A stretch of DNA of 64,000 nt from Marsupella aquatica (GCA_973895155.1 OZ316891.1:32251208-32315207), one strand, 5' to 3'. Positions 14,123 to 27,233 are shown, counted from the stretch's first letter. A program made the numbers and translations. The notes: generated by a model not told the origin, from the sequence alone.

Positions 14123-14466
14123 TCAAACAAATGTGTTGGGCCTGGTGGCCTTGTAAGTCATCTTCAGCTTTCGCAATGGAGGTTGAATCTTGCGGTACGT
14201 CAAGGGGAACTTGATCTTCGAATCATGGAACTGCTTGGTACTTTCTCGCTTGCACAGAGAGACAGGGACTGTCGTAGTCTTGATGATCTGGATGCAAGGG
14301 AACCGAACTCTATGACAAGAAGCCATCTCATCATACATCTGCTCTACAGCTCCGTTCAACGTGGTATGACGATATTCCTTGTACATGTTGTGATAACCTG
14401 TACGACTCTAATACCTCACCCAGATACCGAAGTTCTTTTGTTTGTGGTGGGCTTCTTTTCGAAGAT
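14123..14466 (-). pseudogene. RPL18A: 60S ribosomal protein L18a (eL20) last-exon pseudogene fragment
   Basis: [71 protein letters not shown]. One frameshift and one in-frame stop. Preceded by a CAG splice acceptor at 14469-14467. Confidence 0.92.
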
Positions 14467-14995
14467 CTGGTAGACACATTATTCAGCATTTGCTAACTTC
14501 AAAACTAGAAGGGTAACACATTAAACAACAGAGAAACTCACAAGTTCATCCTCCTTTGGTCCTTTAGAGTCTGTACTTTGATTATGAAGTTTGACTGAGT
14601 TTCTATTTACTGAAAGAATGTGACTATGTAAGAGTTCCGTTTGGCAGTGGATTGGTTGAAGCACTTCATGCTAGTGTGTTGTCCACAGCTCTTCAACCAG
14701 CTTTCGTATTCCTTGTCTTTCACCACTTACAATGACATCAATTCAGCTAAGACCATAGAAGGTTCCAAAGCATCTAACTTGTAAAATCGCATTCTGTTAC
14801 ATCAAGGACTAAGGTGTTGGGTGCCAAAGGAGACAGCACAACAAACACGCTGAAAAGACTTCAGGACTAGGTTCAACAAGGTAGTGAAGGTGCTTAGAGC
14901 CATAGTAAGTATGCATTCTGTATCTTTCTCTGTTGATGTGAGCTTGTGCATAATGGGAGTTGTAGTTGGCAAGAGTTCCAAATATGAATAGAAGA

Positions 14996-15242
14996 GGCCC
15001 AATATGAAGACCCCTTCTCACCAAAACTATCATGAGCGCAGATCTGATCCCCAACCTTGGTTCCTTGGGATTGAGCTTGGGTGATGTGTGATAGAGTCTT
15101 GCTATGATAGTCTGGTGTTAAGGGCATAAATTGGTGTTTACCGGCCTTCACAACATCCCTTCGTGATCCTCAGGTACAAGGAGATGGTTTTGGCACCCAT
15201 AGTGACATTTTTGGTGTTAAGACCCATGTCAATCGCGTGACA
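14996..15242 (+). repeat. Duplicate of the last 247 bp of LTR-C (8698-8944)
   Basis: Near-identical direct repeat ending ...CGCGTGACA, followed by TSD GTTAA. Confidence 0.9.
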
Positions 15243-16004
15243 GTTAAGTTATGCATTTTTGCCTTTTCTTTGTGTTAAACTAGTTGATCATGAATCTATG
15301 AGTTCGAGATCAGGTTTAACATTTAGAGACTTACCTCCTTCTTGTGTTTTTACCTATGATTATAAACATAGGAAGTAAAATTCCTTTTGTGCAAATCTTT
15401 TGAATTGTAATGATAGATTCCTTGTTGGTGATTCATTGCAATCTCTTGAGTTCTTAAAGTTAACTCATTGAGTTTAAGTCTCATTGAAATTGATGGATTT
15501 TCTTTCGTGTTGCTCAGTACCATCTAAATGTTGAAGTAGCTACCTTTTAGATCTTATCTGAGTACCACTTAGAAAGAAAGGATAAGACATGTTGACGGCA
15601 TTTTAAAAGGTACTCTAGTAAGCAGTTTAGATCTGAGAAGCAATATGGATTTGAATCCTTAAGTCTTTTCATTTTGACTTATGTCTAAGGAGTAACCTTG
15701 GTCTATTCCAGACTCCCTTAGCGTACTTTGAGATGATTTTCTCTTGTGTTTTGTTAATCATTCCCTTTTCATTAATTTATGGTTACCTCATGCTGAGTTA
15801 TCATTGAAAACTACTCACCGCTGTGGAGTGATCTTCAAAATACCTTATTGAAGTAACCAAACTTGATTACTATGTGTGGAAAACATTTTTAGTTCTTTAT
15901 TATTGTTTAAATCTATCAAACCAACCCCATCTTGTTCTTTACGAGAACGAATACCAAGTTTGAAGACCTTTAAGTGTGTTTTTGGTTCTTCATAGCAAAC
16001 TACA

Positions 16005-17959
16005 GTTCCCAGCCCAGGTGAGGCGACCGCAGACCAAGGCCCAAAGTCTGGCAACTGCAAGTCCTGCTACCCCGGCCCTGCAACCTGCTGCTGCCACCCC
16101 GCTGGGCATACCCATTGACGTTATCGCGACCTTAGACGCGATCAATCGGGACAATGCAATCGAAGTCGGGCCGGATGAGGCCACACCCAAAGCAGATGCC
16201 ACGGTAGCTGAGGAGATTCTGCCACCCCCCGCGGTTATGCAGGAGAACCGCCCACCTCCAGTGGAACCAGCCCCTACGACCGACTTACCTCAAGGGCTGG
16301 ATGTGTCCACTCCTACTCTTGAACGGGTTGGAGTCTGCCCATGCCCAAATCCAGATGGACACAGTCTAGACCATCCGGAACTCTTTGCGTTGGGCACATT
16401 TCTGAACGGGTTGCTGGGAGATTTCTTGCAACAGATCTCTCGGGACACCAGGGAATACATGGCCCGGAGGGTGGCCTTCTTCTTCAACCAGGAGTTGGTC
16501 GTGGCTGTAAGGGCACGACATGCACAAGCAGAGACAATGTAGAGAATAGAGCAATATCGGGTTGAGTCTGCCTACCTGAAGGATGAAGTGGCAACCCTGG
16601 AGGCTGAACTCTAGCAACTACGACCTCAGGTAATGGCCACGGAGGACCAGGTTGCCAAGGCTAGGGCCCGAGAAGCTTTAGCAGAATAGGCCGGGCTTGG
16701 GAAGGACGCCGAGATCGCACGGCTCTGGACCAAAATTGACGGTTTGAAGGGACAAACCGTCAATTGGCAAAAGGATCTGGAGGAAGCTGACTCTACATCT
16801 TAGTGGGACACAGCCAAAATTGACACCCTAAAGGCAGAGGTGGCGCGGCTTCAAGGAGAACCCCCAAAACAGGCCCAGTTGGTGGATAAGCTGACGAGTG
16901 ACACCCAGCAACTGGAGGAGGCATGCGAGGAGGCCGCGGAAGAGGCGGATGCGGCAAAGCGGGAGGACAAATCTCTGCTAGACCAGGTCCAGCTACTCAA
17001 GCAGGACGTCGACAGACTCAGAAGGCAGCGGGATAGCCGCTCCCACTCAGGCGGCTCTGGCAAGCGTGCCAGGCATTAGCGGCGGAGTAGGATTAAAATA
17101 GAGTTAGGAATAGCTAAATCAGGCTATAGGGACAAGCACATGCCCTAGTTAAAGCAGCACTGCCATGCTGTCCAACCTGCGTAGATTAGGATCTTCTAAT
17201 AAGACAAGCCGTTTTTTGGCCTGACAGCCAGGTTAGTTAGGACCTTAGTTAGCAAATCTTTGGGCGCGAGGGCACTCAATTCCTTGGCCCTTAGTATTTA
17301 GTGCAGCCCTTGGTAGAGGCAAGGGGGGGATTTTTAGTCTCAGTGTTGGACATCCGCGGTATGTGCGGGGAGTCCCGACCTCTAGGAGTGAAAGAGTACC
17401 AAGGGGAGGGTGTAGGACTAAGCTCGCTGGGCGAGTGCGGAGCCGGGCTCCATTGTAGTGTACACCCTTGGCCTTGGACCTGTTCATTCCAGAGCTTCCG
17501 GGTCAACTAAGTGTACGCATATGTCCCCTATGTAGTAAAATCCCTTCCCATTATTTCCTTCATGTAAATCGAGATTGTATGCTTGTGCGTATGTATATGT
17601 GTGTGTCTTGTGTATAGGTGCCAACGCTTGGCTGAACGCACTACCCAAGTTGTGCACGGGGTGCAGCTTGCGGGTAAGTGGTTGCGAGCCCGGGTTGGGT
17701 ACCCATATCATCAAATCCGGATCAAAGGCGGACAACACGAAGGCTTAGAAGCCAGTAAGCTAGGGTCGATCCTGCTATCGACTGAGGTACATTCCGGCGG
17801 TGGAACACAAACCATACCTAGGAGGTGTCCGTATATGACAATAGGCGCACTTAGCGCTAGTTTATGTGAGTTAGGTGCATTCCGTGCCTCCCTCCCTGCC
17901 CAAACCCTCATTTTGACAAAGGATGTGCCCGGGTTAAGGCCTAGGTTGACGACATGACA
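16005..17959 (+). mobile_element. 3' part of family-B 5' LTR including C-terminal part of its ORF (to 17079, several stops)
   Basis: CPCPNPD.H.LDHPELF and ...GKRARH* match the 882-aa ORF. Ends GACATGACA just before the PBS. Confidence 0.88.
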
Positions 17960-17972
17960 TAGCCTTTGTTTT

Positions 17973-17996
17973 TGGCGCTAGATGGAGGGGGCACTC
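17973..17996 (+). promoter_or_regulatory. PBS-like motif TGGCGCTAGATGGAGGGGGCACTC
   Basis: 13 nt after the LTR end and upstream of gag. Identical to 1206-1229. Confidence 0.7.
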
Positions 17997-18205
17997 TACG
18001 AGTAGTAGAGGGGAGACATGTGCGGGTGCACCTGGGAAGAATACACCAGGCCCTTGTGAGTTACTAACCATCGCATTTATACGAGTAAATGCCCGTCACT
18101 CGTTCTCAAGCAGCTTACTTGAGAAGATTGACCATCAAATGAGAGAGTGCAACCCCAACAAGCTCCGACTCTTCAGGCTCGGAGGATTCACAATCACCTC
18201 GACGA

Positions 18206-19717
18206 ATGAACATACCACCGGGACCTTTGGGGTCTGGTCCAGCCGGTCCTGCTCTCGTCCCTGCTGCACCTCCGCCAGCACCACCACCGCCACCAGTACC
18301 TATGGCTGCCCCCCCACCGGCTATGGCCCGCGCTGCTCAAGCTCCCCCACAAATATCACAACGATCGCGGTTTCATTATCGAGCTTTCAAAGGGCGTCAT
18401 GGGGATGATCCGGATGAATGGTTGGATGAGTTTGAAGCCACTGCTAAGGCCAACGGGGAAGACGCCATTAAGCTAACCGTCCTCCCCGGAGTGATGCGGG
18501 GAGAAGCTCGTCCATGGTACAACTCGCTGCAACCCGGGATTACATGGGCACAATTCCAAGCCGCGTTGCTGCAAGAGTTTTGTGCCATTGGATCAATGCA
18601 GCGTTCTTTATTAAAGATCGGCCAGATTCGCATGGGGAAGAAGGAGTCCCTATGAAAGTTCATTCAGAAGTTTCAGAAACTTGCTGCCAAGATCTGGCCC
18701 AGGCCGGGAGACGCGCTCCAGCTTACGTGGTTCCTCCATGGTTTGCCCATGAATATGCAATTCTGGGTGCGCCAGAATAACCCAATTTCAATGCAAGCAG
18801 CCATAGCGTGCGCTGAAACCTACCGGGAGTCCACCTATAACTTCCGGCAAAGCCAGCGGGCACGCCGCAATAAGGGCAAGTATGAGACCTTCAATGATAG
18901 TGACTCTGAATCGGACGACAAGAAGAAGAAGAAATGCAAGAAGAAGAAGAAACATCGTTTGACCTCGTCCAGTTCGGAGACAGAATCTAGTTTGGATTCA
19001 ACTTCGACCAGCGGATCCTCCACTTCTAGCTCATCAGGAAGTGATTCAGAGAGCAAGAGCCGGGGCAAGAAGAAGAAGAGGCAAGTTAAGAAGGAGGGGA
19101 AAATCAAGCCCCGGGTTTGAAGAGCGATACCCGATCCAAAGGCCGCCAAAACAGACAAGCTTAATGAAATCACGGATCATCTCAAAGCATTGTCAGTACA
19201 TCTTGCGGAAAAGCCGGTGGAGAAGAAGAAGCCACCTGAGACCCGAGCCCATGCATGGTGTTCAAAGTGCCTCCAATCCGGGCATGTTGTGCAGGAATGC
19301 CCAAGATGGAAGAATCGAGTCCACCAGGTGGAATTAGATGATGTTGACAACCCGGGACCTGAATTGGAGTCCACGAAGTATTTCTTTGAAGACCCTTCTG
19401 ATTCGGTGTATCAAATTTCAACGATGGGTCCGGGTAACTTAGCAAGTAGAACTGCATACCCCTACCCAAACAATGGCAGGAGTTTCCAAGTTATCAGTAA
19501 CCTGAGCATTCCTCCTAAGCCAGGGATTTGGCGATCCCCGGTTTGTCACAACTGTGAGAAGCCAGGCCACTTTGCACGGGAATGCACTGAACCAAGACGG
19601 CAGGGGGATGGCCGAGGCAAGTCTGCAAAATGGAAGCTTGTTCCACGGCCAACTGTCCATTGGTAATAGCCGCTCAAACAAATGCAACAAGACCGGTCCA
19701 GGGCGGACCGGCCACAA
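18206..19717 (+). pseudogene. gag: gag of family-B element (stops at 18653, 19118, 19664)
   Basis: Capsid-like motifs (AFKGRHGDDPDEWLDEFE, RGEARPWY). CCHC knuckles CSKCLQSGHVVQEC and CHNCEKPGHFAREC. Interrupted by LTR-E at 19718. Confidence 0.9.
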
Positions 19718-20706
19718 TGTGATGCCTAGCCAAGAATCACTAGCCCGGTTTAATGGTAAGGCAGGAGTGTACCCTGGAAACACCTTAGTATAGGAACAAA
19801 ACAAGGAAAATATAAACAATTAAGGGTGACTATGGAACCCGGGCCGAGGCCAGAAGTAAGAATGCGGGGGGAGAAAACACGGTTAGGGTTAGGGCGCGCT
19901 AAGCGTCGGCAGCTAGGGGTGACCAACGGGAGGGAAGACCTTAGGAGGAGAGGGGTAAGGACCGCTCGCAAGGAATAGTGGCTCATTTGCAAGAATGAAC
20001 TGGGCAGACGACTATGGGAGGCCAATCGCTGTTAGCTGCTTAGGCAAGCACTCGGGGTGGGAACATATACCAACGATCGAGTCAAGGAGGTATGAGCAAC
20101 GTCAATCAAGCGGCACATTTTTGGGGATGCCTATTCAAACGGGCAACTGAGTACATTAGGACTTACGAGGATGAAGAATCGGAGAGAGCAGCTCGAGAAC
20201 GGCAGGAGCTTGCTCGACTGCGGGAGCTGCAGAAGTCTGCCTTCTTAGGAGGAGAACTCATCAAGGCTGAGTTCTTGTGGACTCCTACTGCCAATCAGCT
20301 CAATGACCTTCTGTTTTGCAAAGACAGAATCGTCGGCATTCGGGAAGCCATCAACCGCTGCAACGATGCGCACTGGGAGTTGAAGGGTAGCACGGAGGGG
20401 TGGACAAAGGCAACTGTTATGAGCAACGTTATTCAAGCGGCACATTTTTGGGGATGCTTGTTCGAACGGGCAGGTGAGTACATCAGGACTTACGAGGACG
20501 AGGAATCGGAGAGAGCAGCTCAAGAACGGCAGGAACTCGCTCGGCTCTGGGAACTACAGAAGACGGCTTTCTTAGGAGGAGAACTTATCAAGGCCAAGTT
20601 CTTGTGGACTCCTACTACCAATCAGCTCGACGACCTTCTGTTTTGCGAAAACAGAATCGTCGGCATCCGAGAAGCCATCAATCGCTGCAGCGACCTACAC
20701 TGGGAG

Positions 20707-22545
20707 TGTAGTTTGCTATAGAGAATCAAAAGAACTCTTTTACGTCTCTAAACTCGGTATTCGTTCCCGTTAAGAACAAGATTGGGTTGGTTTGATGAAA
20801 TAAACTAAAAATAAAGCTTTAAGCTGTTGTGTCACACATAGTAATCAATCTTGACTACTTTAATTAGGTACTTTGAAGATCGCTCCACAGCGGTGAGCAG
20901 TTTTTGATGATAACTCAACATCATATAACCATCAATTAATCAAAAGGTTGCAATTAACGAAACACAAGGAAAAATCTCTTAGAGTATGCTAAGGGAGTCT
21001 GGAATAGACCAAGGTTACTCCTTAGACATAAGTAATAATGGAATAACTTTAAGGGAATCCAAATCCACACGGCTTTTCAGATCTAAACTGCATACTAGAG
21101 TATCCTTTTAAAATGCTGGCAACATGTCTTGACCTTTCTTCCTAAGTGATACTTAGTCAAGATCTAAAAGGATAAATACTTCAGCATTTAGATGGTACTA
21201 AGCAACATGAAGGTGAAAACATCATTTCCAATGCAACTTAAACTCAATGAGTTAACTCTAAGAACTTGTGAGATTACAATGTGTCACCAAAGCGGAATCT
21301 GACATTATAATTCACGAGATTCATAACTGAGGTTTTACTTCAAGTATTTGGGTTCCAAAATACAAGAAGGAGGTAAGTCTCTCCAATTATTAAGTCTGAT
21401 TTAGAACTCGTAGGTTCAGAATCAATAGACTTAACAAAAGGGAGGCAAAAATGCAGAACTTAACCATCATCTACACTAGTGGTAGAGGGGTCTTATAGTA
21501 AAAATCTACTGAGTGAGAGGTCACAGGGTCGAAGAGACATGCCTCTTCATACCCCTCAAAATTTTAAAATGGCGATTCAGTAAGTGAAAAGCCGGAAAAA
21601 TGGCTAAGTATGAACTCTTAAACTCTTAAAAACTTAAACTCTTAAAAACGTAAAAACTTAAACTCTTAAACTCTTAATTTCAGTATACTAAAAATTGAGT
21701 AGATTCAACTATTTTTAACTTTCTACTCCTGGTTCGGAAAACTCTGAAATTTTTCCAGCAGGGTTTCCTAGGTACAGACTACAGCCTAAAGAAGTCTCAT
21801 AGCTTTTAAAGCTCTACAACACATTTAGAAAAATTGGTAAAAGTACTATACTTTTCAATACTAGCTAAAAAGATAGTCTCCTTCAAGCTTGTTGTCGAAT
21901 ATCATCGGGTTCGAGCAGCTCCACGTAGGTGACAGTCCGATTCTGTGTTACCTCCATCAGCTCAGTCTGACGTGGTGATCCTCGAGAGTAGGGTAGGCAC
22001 CTTAGTTGTCTCTCAGGATACATCAAAGGCATTCGCTTCATCAAATAACAGGAATCTATACGAAGAGCTTCTCTGTATATCCCGATCACATCATAGTTGT
22101 TGCAGGTAGCAGCATACACTTGAGGATAATGAAACAGGAACTCATCACTACTCATCATCCTGGAATAGAAGGGTCGAAGTCTCCATTTGACATCTCTGAA
22201 ATACCGGTTGAAGCTGGGCAGAGTTTGAGAGGTAAGGTGGAAGAGAAGTCAGTAATGAGCGCCTATGTCTTGCATTCCTTCCCTTTCAAGGTGAGCTCTT
22301 CATCCGTTGTGGAGTCCCGTTGAACTAGTTGTAAGATGTCACGATCACAGAGTCGCCAAATCTTAAGGTGTAACTCGTAAAGCAGTGAACTAGTAAACTC
22401 GTAAACTGAGTTTACTCGTAACTTAGGAACTTAATAACTTTGAATGCTGTTTTAGTTACAGTTAGCAATAATTGCAGTCTAAACACCGTAAAAAATTTAA
22501 AAATTTTCAGTTTCTTCATGCTTTTGGAATTACCCACTACTTACA
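20707..22545 (-). mobile_element. Solo LTR family A (1839 bp)
   Basis: TGTAG...TTACA termini. TSD GGGAG at 20702-20706 and 22546-22550. Host ORF resumes after it. Confidence 0.93.
21883..22158 (-). CDS. Small LTR-A-encoded ORF (91 aa)
   Basis: Homologous to 6178-6444 and 41820-42095. Confidence 0.55.
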   Translation of the reverse strand: MMSSDEFLFHYPQVYAATCNNYDVIGIYREALRIDSCYLMKRMPLMYPERQLRCLPYSRGSPRQTELMEVTQNRTVTYVELLEPDDIRQQA

Positions 22546-23395
22546 GGGAGTTGAAGGGTAACACGAACGGGTGGACGAAGGCAACCTTGCTAGGAGAAAC
22601 ATCCACGGCAGCCGAGATGAAGAGGAAAGGAAACAACAACAAAGAGGACACCCCGGCAAAAAGAACGAGGTCGGCGGCACCTAGGAAGCCAGCACCGCAG
22701 CAGAGCGGGACTAGGGGAGAAGCCGAGGAGGAAGAGGTCAATCCCATCAATGCCATTCCAACAGACAATGACACCTGGAAAGGCTGGGTGGCGACCCTAC
22801 CGGAGGAAGTGCAATTACACTTTGCACGAGAGGAGGATGCATGCTTTACAGCCATGCAGACCAAGAACTACCAAGGCTTCATGGCCGGATCCGGCTTGGA
22901 AGCCTTTGTAAGATTACCATGGCTGAAGTCGGAGGTGCCGGACTCAGACTTATTAGAATTTGTGGGATCATGGGAACCCGAGACCAATTCCACGAGGGTG
23001 TATGGGAAGGATTTCTATCTCACTCCCCGGGTGATTGCCGAGGTGTTTGGCTTGCCGATGGGTGATAAGACCAAGGTTGATACCAGGAAGACCTTACTTG
23101 ACAAGGAGTTTTGGTCGTTCCCAGGACCATCAACGAAGAATGGCTTTTTCCGGAACACCTGCACCAACCCACACATCGGAGAGATGATCGATTTCTTGCG
23201 GGTGACCATGCACTGTAACTTGCTGAGGGTAGAGATCAGCAAGGCTCAGGTCTACCTGGCAGAAAGGCCAGACCCAAGCCGGGATTATAACGGGTACCTC
23301 CTCAACCAACTGAAGGAGATCTTGAAGGAGGAATAGAAGGTGATCGGCGTGGGAAGCGTGTCCCGGCTTGGCTATCACATGCCGCTGTTGTGCCG

Positions 23396-26300
23396 TGTCG
23401 CACCCCTACCCTGGGCCTTAAATCCGGGTTAGTGTCGTGGTGCGACCTCGACCACCAGTAGGGGTGAGGGTTCGGGCAAGGAGGTGTGTAGTGACCTTCA
23501 ATAGCCCTAAGTTGGGCTAAGCCGCTATACTTACTGGTATAACACTCGCATAATTCGTACTTGTCATAGGTATATTTATTTTCCACCGCTGGAATTTTCC
23601 CTCAGTTAGTGACGCGGACTAACTCCCGACTTGGGGCTTTTCAAGCCATCGACGTGACAGGACCTTGTGACATGCAATGAGTGGCAATCCCTACCATTAG
23701 TCCGCACCCGGTACGTCCCTTAAAATGGCGCCTTTGCCCGGACAAAGCATACACACAACACCAGTTACTCTCAGAAACATTAAGGGGAAAAGACTACATT
23801 TACTCAGCGAAGCATCAGTTTACATGGTTGACTCGACTTCAAAGGGGGTCAGCAGGCCCAACGGCAGTCGATGCCCAGTCTCTACGAGGCCCTGCCTTGC
23901 ACTTGCCCAGCAAGCTCGACTCTGGCTCTCACTCCTTGGTACGCTCTGACCCTACTCAGGCCGGGACTCCCCGTGCCTCGCCTTTCTTCTGCTGAGATAA
24001 CTAAGCCTTCTCCCCCTTCCCATCGCGGAAGGGGAAGCCTAAATACTACCATAGCGGAAGAGAACCGGAGGATACTACCTTCCGGGGTACTACCTACTGA
24101 CTAACTAACTGCTGACTACCGGTCGCGCTGCACTGACCGGTTGACCGTCGACTACGAGTGTGCCAACCGGAATGGCAGCGGCCAAGCCTACTGACAAACT
24201 CTAGTCCGTTGATGGACTCAATCCTACGTTGGCTGATCCTAACTGACCGGCCCTAATTCTTCCTACTGCCGCTAATCGGCGCCTAATGACAGTTATTCTA
24301 TCGTTACGCCTAACTAAAAGATGCCGCTGACTTAACCGCCTCGCGCGGCGCCTGCTTCTACCCTTCGCTAACTACCCCTTACGTGTGTGCAGTGGTTGGA
24401 CCAGGGCTGGTCCCCTTGTCGGGGCGAGACCTCAAGCCGCCTTGATCAGAGGTGGGCCCAGGTTTTCCCCGCTGGAGGACGAGCAGGGTGACGCGGTCCT
24501 GCAAAGCCTTGTTGTCCCGTAATGCTTCCTCCGCCTCGTTTGCAGCTTTGTCGGCTTCAGTCTGGAGCCGCGCCACCTCCAAGTTGAGCTGGTCGATGGC
24601 GTCGCGATGGACCTGGTCCTGCGCTAGCAATTTATCTCGTTCGGCGGAGAGACTAGCCACCTGCTGTGCTGCCTGCAGGAATTGTTTGTTGAGGTCGGTC
24701 AGGCTGGTAACCCGAGCCAAAGATTCTGAGCGTAATTGAAGCACGGTGTCGTCCAGCTTCTTGAGTTCGGCCTGCGCTCCGCTTAACTCCTGGGTTAGTC
24801 CGTCCCTCTATTCGACAGTGCGGACTAAATCCTCGCGGCGGGTCGTTGCCTCCTCCTCGAGGTGCTCTACCAGCATCTGGAGACGCCCGATCTCATTCCC
24901 CTTCGCCATGAGTTCTTCTTCCAAGCGGCTGACGATCCGTGGTTGGTGCTCTAACATGAAGAAGGCTGGCTGAAAGTACGCCGAGACTTGTTGTCCGATG
25001 TATGTCGCCAACTCCCCAGACATAGTCTGGCTAAACTTCTGGACCAGGTCGTAGGCCATGGTCCCCGGGGCTACTTGGTAGTCCTCCATCCTCTTGGGTA
25101 CCGGTGGTTCCTCGGCAGGGGCAATGAGCTCCTCCGTAGTCAGCGCTAGGGAGGGGAAGGTTTCTTCAGGTGGTGGAGGGATTGGGGGTGGTTGTACTGC
25201 AGGTAGCGGAGGCTCAACGGAAGGAGGCGGTGGAATTTCCACAGGGGGCGGTTGCGGAGTATTAGTCGGGGCTTCCGGCTCGGGGTTTGTCCGAGGGACA
25301 GTAGTCCGCGTAGTCGGGGTTGCCTCCTCTGGGGTGGGGGTGACATTACCCGGGGCTGAGGTGGCCGTATTCTTTCCTCTGGCCTCCCACCGTGCCTTGT
25401 ACCAGGCGAGGATAATGGCGATATGACTCCCCAAGTAAGTCTTCCCTCCAATAGCCATACCACCCTGAGCCCGCTTCAGCTCCCCCGAGAATCTTCGGTA
25501 GAAGAATTGGGCCCAGTTTCGTCGTTTGTACTGTTCCACCTGCACTATCGTGCAGAGGGAAATCTCGGATCGTGGCTCAATCATGTGTAGGGTAGTCCGT
25601 ATGAAGTTAAGCCGCTCCATACAGGTTAAGTTGGTGCACGCCCCCTGCTTGTATCCGTTGTCCGTCTTACCCTCGGGTTTGAAGTGCCGCGGCGTATACT
25701 CCTTATCCCGAATTCGGATTTCCACCGGCACCGGCCCGGTTGGTAGGCCGAAAATTTGCGTTAACCGATGCTAGGTGAGTGATAAGGTCTGCCCCGAAAC
25801 CTTGGTGGTTGACGCATCAGTGTCAAAATTGGAGATGAACTCACAAATCTCCTTCGGCCCGGCGGCGCACGGCCTCCATAGTAAGTGGGCGAACCGCTCC
25901 AATTGATGCTCCTTGAGATAGTCCGCATGTTCGAGTTTCTTGATCGCGATCCAGACTACCTCGGGGACGCGGATTACCTGTAATAAGTTGGACTTTGGGT
26001 TATCCGGGGGCCGTCGGGTCTGGTTGGTCGGGGGGTTTGCCGGGGCAGGTGCAGGCGCGGCGTCGGTCCGTGTTGATTCGGGGGCCGTCATAGTCCTTGA
26101 CCGCTTATGAGGACGCTGTTCGAGTTGCGGACTAGCTCGCTCGGAACCCGAAGAACACTCCGCGTTGATTACTGGACGGACTTGGGACTGGTTCGGTGGT
26201 ACTCCGGTGGTCATCGGTTGAGGCGCTGGGGTAGCCATATCCCAATTGAAGGCGTTGGAGCTTTCCCTGAGGAACGTGAGATTACGCGCCGCTTCCCGTT

Positions 26301-27233
26301 GTCTGCTGATGTCTTCTTGGCGCTTTTCGGCTACGATCTGCTGGTCTAGGTACCCCGGAATCTTGTCGAACTCCGCTTGAGTAAGCCGCTGGTTGCCCTT
26401 CAGCTTAAAGAACTTAGCTGGAACCTCAAGAATCGCCTCTGCTACCGATCTAAGCCCTTCCTCGCTGAGATATAGTTCGGTGATGTAGTCTCGCAGCTCG
26501 TTATAGCTAGAATCCCTGGTGATGGCTGTCCTTTCGCAATTAACTAGTGCTACCTTGGTTACCAGCTTCGCGTACCTTCGTTCGTAAGCGGCTTTCTCGG
26601 GGCAAGAGTACCAGTAAGTCTCAGAGAACTTAGCACCTACCTCGCCAAACAAGGTCCAAAATCCCAAGGCTGTGAGGGTCATACTAACCTCGTAGTCCAG
26701 TTCGTTGTGTCCACGTTCCCACCTGGCTGGTCCTTTTTCGCGGAGGCCTCGCTCGTCCTGACTAAATCTCGCCACATTTCGCTCTTCTCCCTCGATAATT
26801 TCCTCGTAAAGGTCGACTGGATTCAATCAAAAAGGCGAGCGGATGGCAGCATCCGTGAATTCCAAAAAGGTAAACGTGAGCGAATGGCCCGCAGTGCCAT
26901 CGGCTCCTCTCTTATGGGGGTGCCCGGACGAGCTCGAGCGTGAGAAGGTCAGGCCGTTTGGTCATTGATAACGAGCTGAAGTCGGCGTCTCGGTCCAAGC
27001 GTGATTCTTCTAACTGATTTTTACTCCACTGCCGCCACCGTACCTTGGTCGTGCGTAATAATCCCTTTCCTGAACTCGTAATTATTCGGTTATCTTAACC
27101 TACTCCTAATCTAATCATAATGGCAACTTGACGGCTATACGTGCTATTCTATGCTATGGCTACGGTCCTAATGACCGTATAAGTCCTAATCTACGACCTG
27201 GGTTCGGTCAAGTGACACGTTACCCGTGTCACA
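23396..27233 (-). mobile_element. Solo LTR family D (3838 bp)
   Basis: TGTCG...TCACA termini. TSD TGCCG at 23391-23395 and 27234-27238. Its end matches the LTR preceding PBS+gag at 1247. Confidence 0.93.
24379..26826 (-). pseudogene. LTR-D-encoded ~815-codon ORF (PMD-like core, Pro-rich, coiled coil), two in-frame TAG stops
   Basis: ORFs 25771-26826, 24808-25731 and 24379-24744 share one frame. Core EFISNFD..LSLT..IFGLP.G..DNGY..ERLNFIR..LHMIEPRSEIS aligns with the 882-aa ORF. Confidence 0.85.

Larger units (their letters stand above)
5744..16004 (+). mobile_element. Family-A LTR (5' end deleted), split by an 8.35-kb insertion at 6892-15242
   Basis: 5744-6891 and 15243-16004 are the reverse complement of consecutive parts of solo LTRs 20707-22545 and 40590-42482. 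Ends ...CAAACTACA. Confidence 0.85.

Noticed and set aside
14123-14466. Functional RPL18a gene or processed retrocopy
   Set aside because: Frameshift, stop codon and no upstream exons recognised; the retained splice acceptor argues against an mRNA origin.
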